This document shows, in pieces, positions 61,784-64,000 of a DNA stretch of 64,000 nt. The translations under genes were made by a program, and so were the position numbers. The DNA lies in the NCBI RefSeq assembly GCF_006345805.1, contig NC_043002.1, positions 78,492,001-78,556,000 of the forward strand. Direction: 5' to 3'. Origin of the DNA: Octopus sinensis (lineage: Eukaryota). The notes beneath the pieces are model-generated. The model saw only the letters and a program-made list of their open reading frames with translations. It had not been told where the DNA came from and did not search any database. Numbering within the stretch: position 1 is the stretch's first letter; each line of letters opens with the position of its first letter.

Positions 61784-64000
61784 GTAAGTAGTGTGTACAG
61801 TTATTTGATTCACAGTTGAGTTACAAAGATTCATGAATGCTTCAGTAGGGAATAATTTATATCTCTTATAGTTCTGAAACAATCTAAAGCTAATTAAGCC
61901 AATGTGAGGGCCTCTATGTGGTCATTTCATCTACTAGAAATAAGAGCCAAATCTCTCACAGATTAGGCCTAGCCAACTAAATAAAAGTAAGGTCACATTG
62001 GATAATATAGTCCTAAATATACTTTGCCTGAATGACTTTGATTACACTGTGTAACAAAATTTTTATTTGTCTTTGGTCAGTAAGTATTACTTCCTATTTG
62101 CTTCTATCTAGAAATCGAAGGAAATGACTACCATTCCCTTCAAACTTTGCTTTTGTGACCTGAACATCAATGTTTTGAAACTGACCTATTTTCTATTACA
62201 TTTCAGACAGATTTGGCACTGAGTTGCTGGAACAGAAATATTGTTATAGTAGCTATTTTTTTTTCAGTACCACAGATTTGCTCGTCAGTTGCTTGACCGT
62301 AACTACTTGAGCTGACAGTATGTGCATCTCTAATGATGAGCAGGAGTAGTGGAGGAGTATCATAGCTATATGTTGAGAGGGATTTTTTGGTATTTGAATA
62401 AATGTAACAAAAGCAAAGTTTGAAGGAAATATTAGCCTTTTTTCATACTTTCTAGGGGAAAGCAAATAGGAAATAACAGTTGCTACTCAAGGACAAAAAT
62501 TGTGTTACACAGAGTTAACACAGATCTGTTCCATCAAGGCTGACTGGGCTAAACAATAATATTTAAATGTAGTAATTTATATTTTGTATGGAAGGGTATA
62601 TGTTTTAGTAATTGCATAAATAAAAAAAAAAAAATTTATAGAGTGCTACAGTTTGTCAGAGAGAGAAATACTAAACTGCTGTAGCATTTGGGTGTGGTAT
62701 TTACTTACATTCCTTCATGTTCTGTGTTCACATCTCACCAAAGTTGACTTTACTTTTCAGCTTTTGAGAGTTAATGAAATAAGTACCAGTTATTATTTTT
62801 TTTGTTTTTTATCTTTTAGTGAGGAGGTAAGGCAGGGCCCTTTGCACGGCATCTGAGACTGGTGAGAAGAAATTATTCTCAAACTGGAGACCTGGCCCAA
62901 ATGCTTACAACATTTATGTCTATACACTCACCAGGCCTTGCCCCTGCACCCAATCTGTCCAAGCTTTCATCTTCCTAATGCCCATCCCTCTATCACTCTT
63001 CTAACTATGGCACTATTCAGCTGCTGTAATCGTATGATAACAGAATCTGCACATATTTCATCTACTAGTTATTTCTCCCCTATTCTTTATCCATCCCGCA
63101 TTTTCTCCATATCTTTCCTTTCCACTGTTCACCCTTTTCTGTGCCGCAAATTATCTCTTTATCTCTCTTCTGAGCTACATCTTGGGACTCATATCTCATC
63201 TTTAACGCCCTCTCATATCTGCTATCACCCTCAATACCCTCTCATATCTGTGATCAATTCTCCCCCCCCCTCCCATCCTGTGCCACACACACAGCAGCCA
63301 CCACTATATACTTCTGATCTCTGTCTCTGTCCTTGTACATCTCCCCCACTATCCCACCCTACACTTCATCTCTGTATATTCTGAATCACTTACAGATTTA
63401 TTAAATTGCTACTCCCCACCCTTCCTTTACTGGTACTTATCATTTCCTCCTTTCTGAGCTATTTCTTTGACCTTCTCCTTCCCCTTACCATTGACCATAC
63501 CACAACTCTTGTACATCATTTAATCTCTAACCAACTGTCACTACCTGCCCACACTGTTATGTATCTATTCATCTACCCTTCCTGATCCTTGGTCTGTATT
63601 CTCTTTTATACTCACCATTTATTCCTACTTCTATCCACTCCTACATAATGTGGGGTAGCTATGTACCTCTTCCATAGCAGGACACTTGTATCTGCTTCTC
63701 TATCATACTTTAGCTTCTCAATGCCTGGCATAAAGCCACCCCCTCCCTCTGCTACAGCCTTGGAGTTTTGCTTTCCTTTGTCTTGCAAGCTACTTGGTGA
63801 TCTCACTAGTGCCAATGTCATGGAAAAAACATCCAGTATACTGGGGGATTTATGTGAAGTTGTAGGCAATAGGAAGGGCATTCAGCCAGGGAAACTCTGT
63901 CAAAGCAGACTTTGGAGCTTGATGTAGTGCTTTGGCTCTTGGATCCTATCAAACTCTCCACCCTATGCCAGCATGGAATAAAAAACAGATATTAAATGAT

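Noticed and set aside
61784-64000. Search for the next NAA35 exon (Lys-rich KGRSSKK..KKKK region); also ORF 62938-63384
   Set aside because: No AG..GT segment in the required phase gave matching sequence, so the exon probably lies beyond the window. The ORF is CT-rich low-complexity sequence.

Overview
AT-rich animal genomic DNA, about half repeats. The SINE/LINE content resembles Octopus (inference from repeat types; species not determinable). The window is almost entirely the + strand gene NAA35 (MAK10, NatC auxiliary subunit). I traced 14 GT-AG coding exons from 3007 to 61783 (1640 nt, ~546 codons, phases consistent); the 5' start and the C-terminal exons lie outside the window. Twelve introns are 0.4-3.0 kb; one (23571-60326) is 36.8 kb. 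The introns hold RTE and CR1 LINE fragments, several SINE families, mariner, pogo and hAT elements, piggyBac-type and unclassified MITEs, a Helitron, a solo LTR and two Penelope-type hammerhead ribozyme motifs. Most ORFs in the supplied track are repeat artefacts. No CRISPR array, rRNA or credible tRNA gene was found. Best leads: the hammerhead ribozymes, a candidate recursive splice site, a candidate poison exon, a 215-bp LINE end flanked by a ~485-bp duplication, and three short local copy-paste events that all involve one SINE family.
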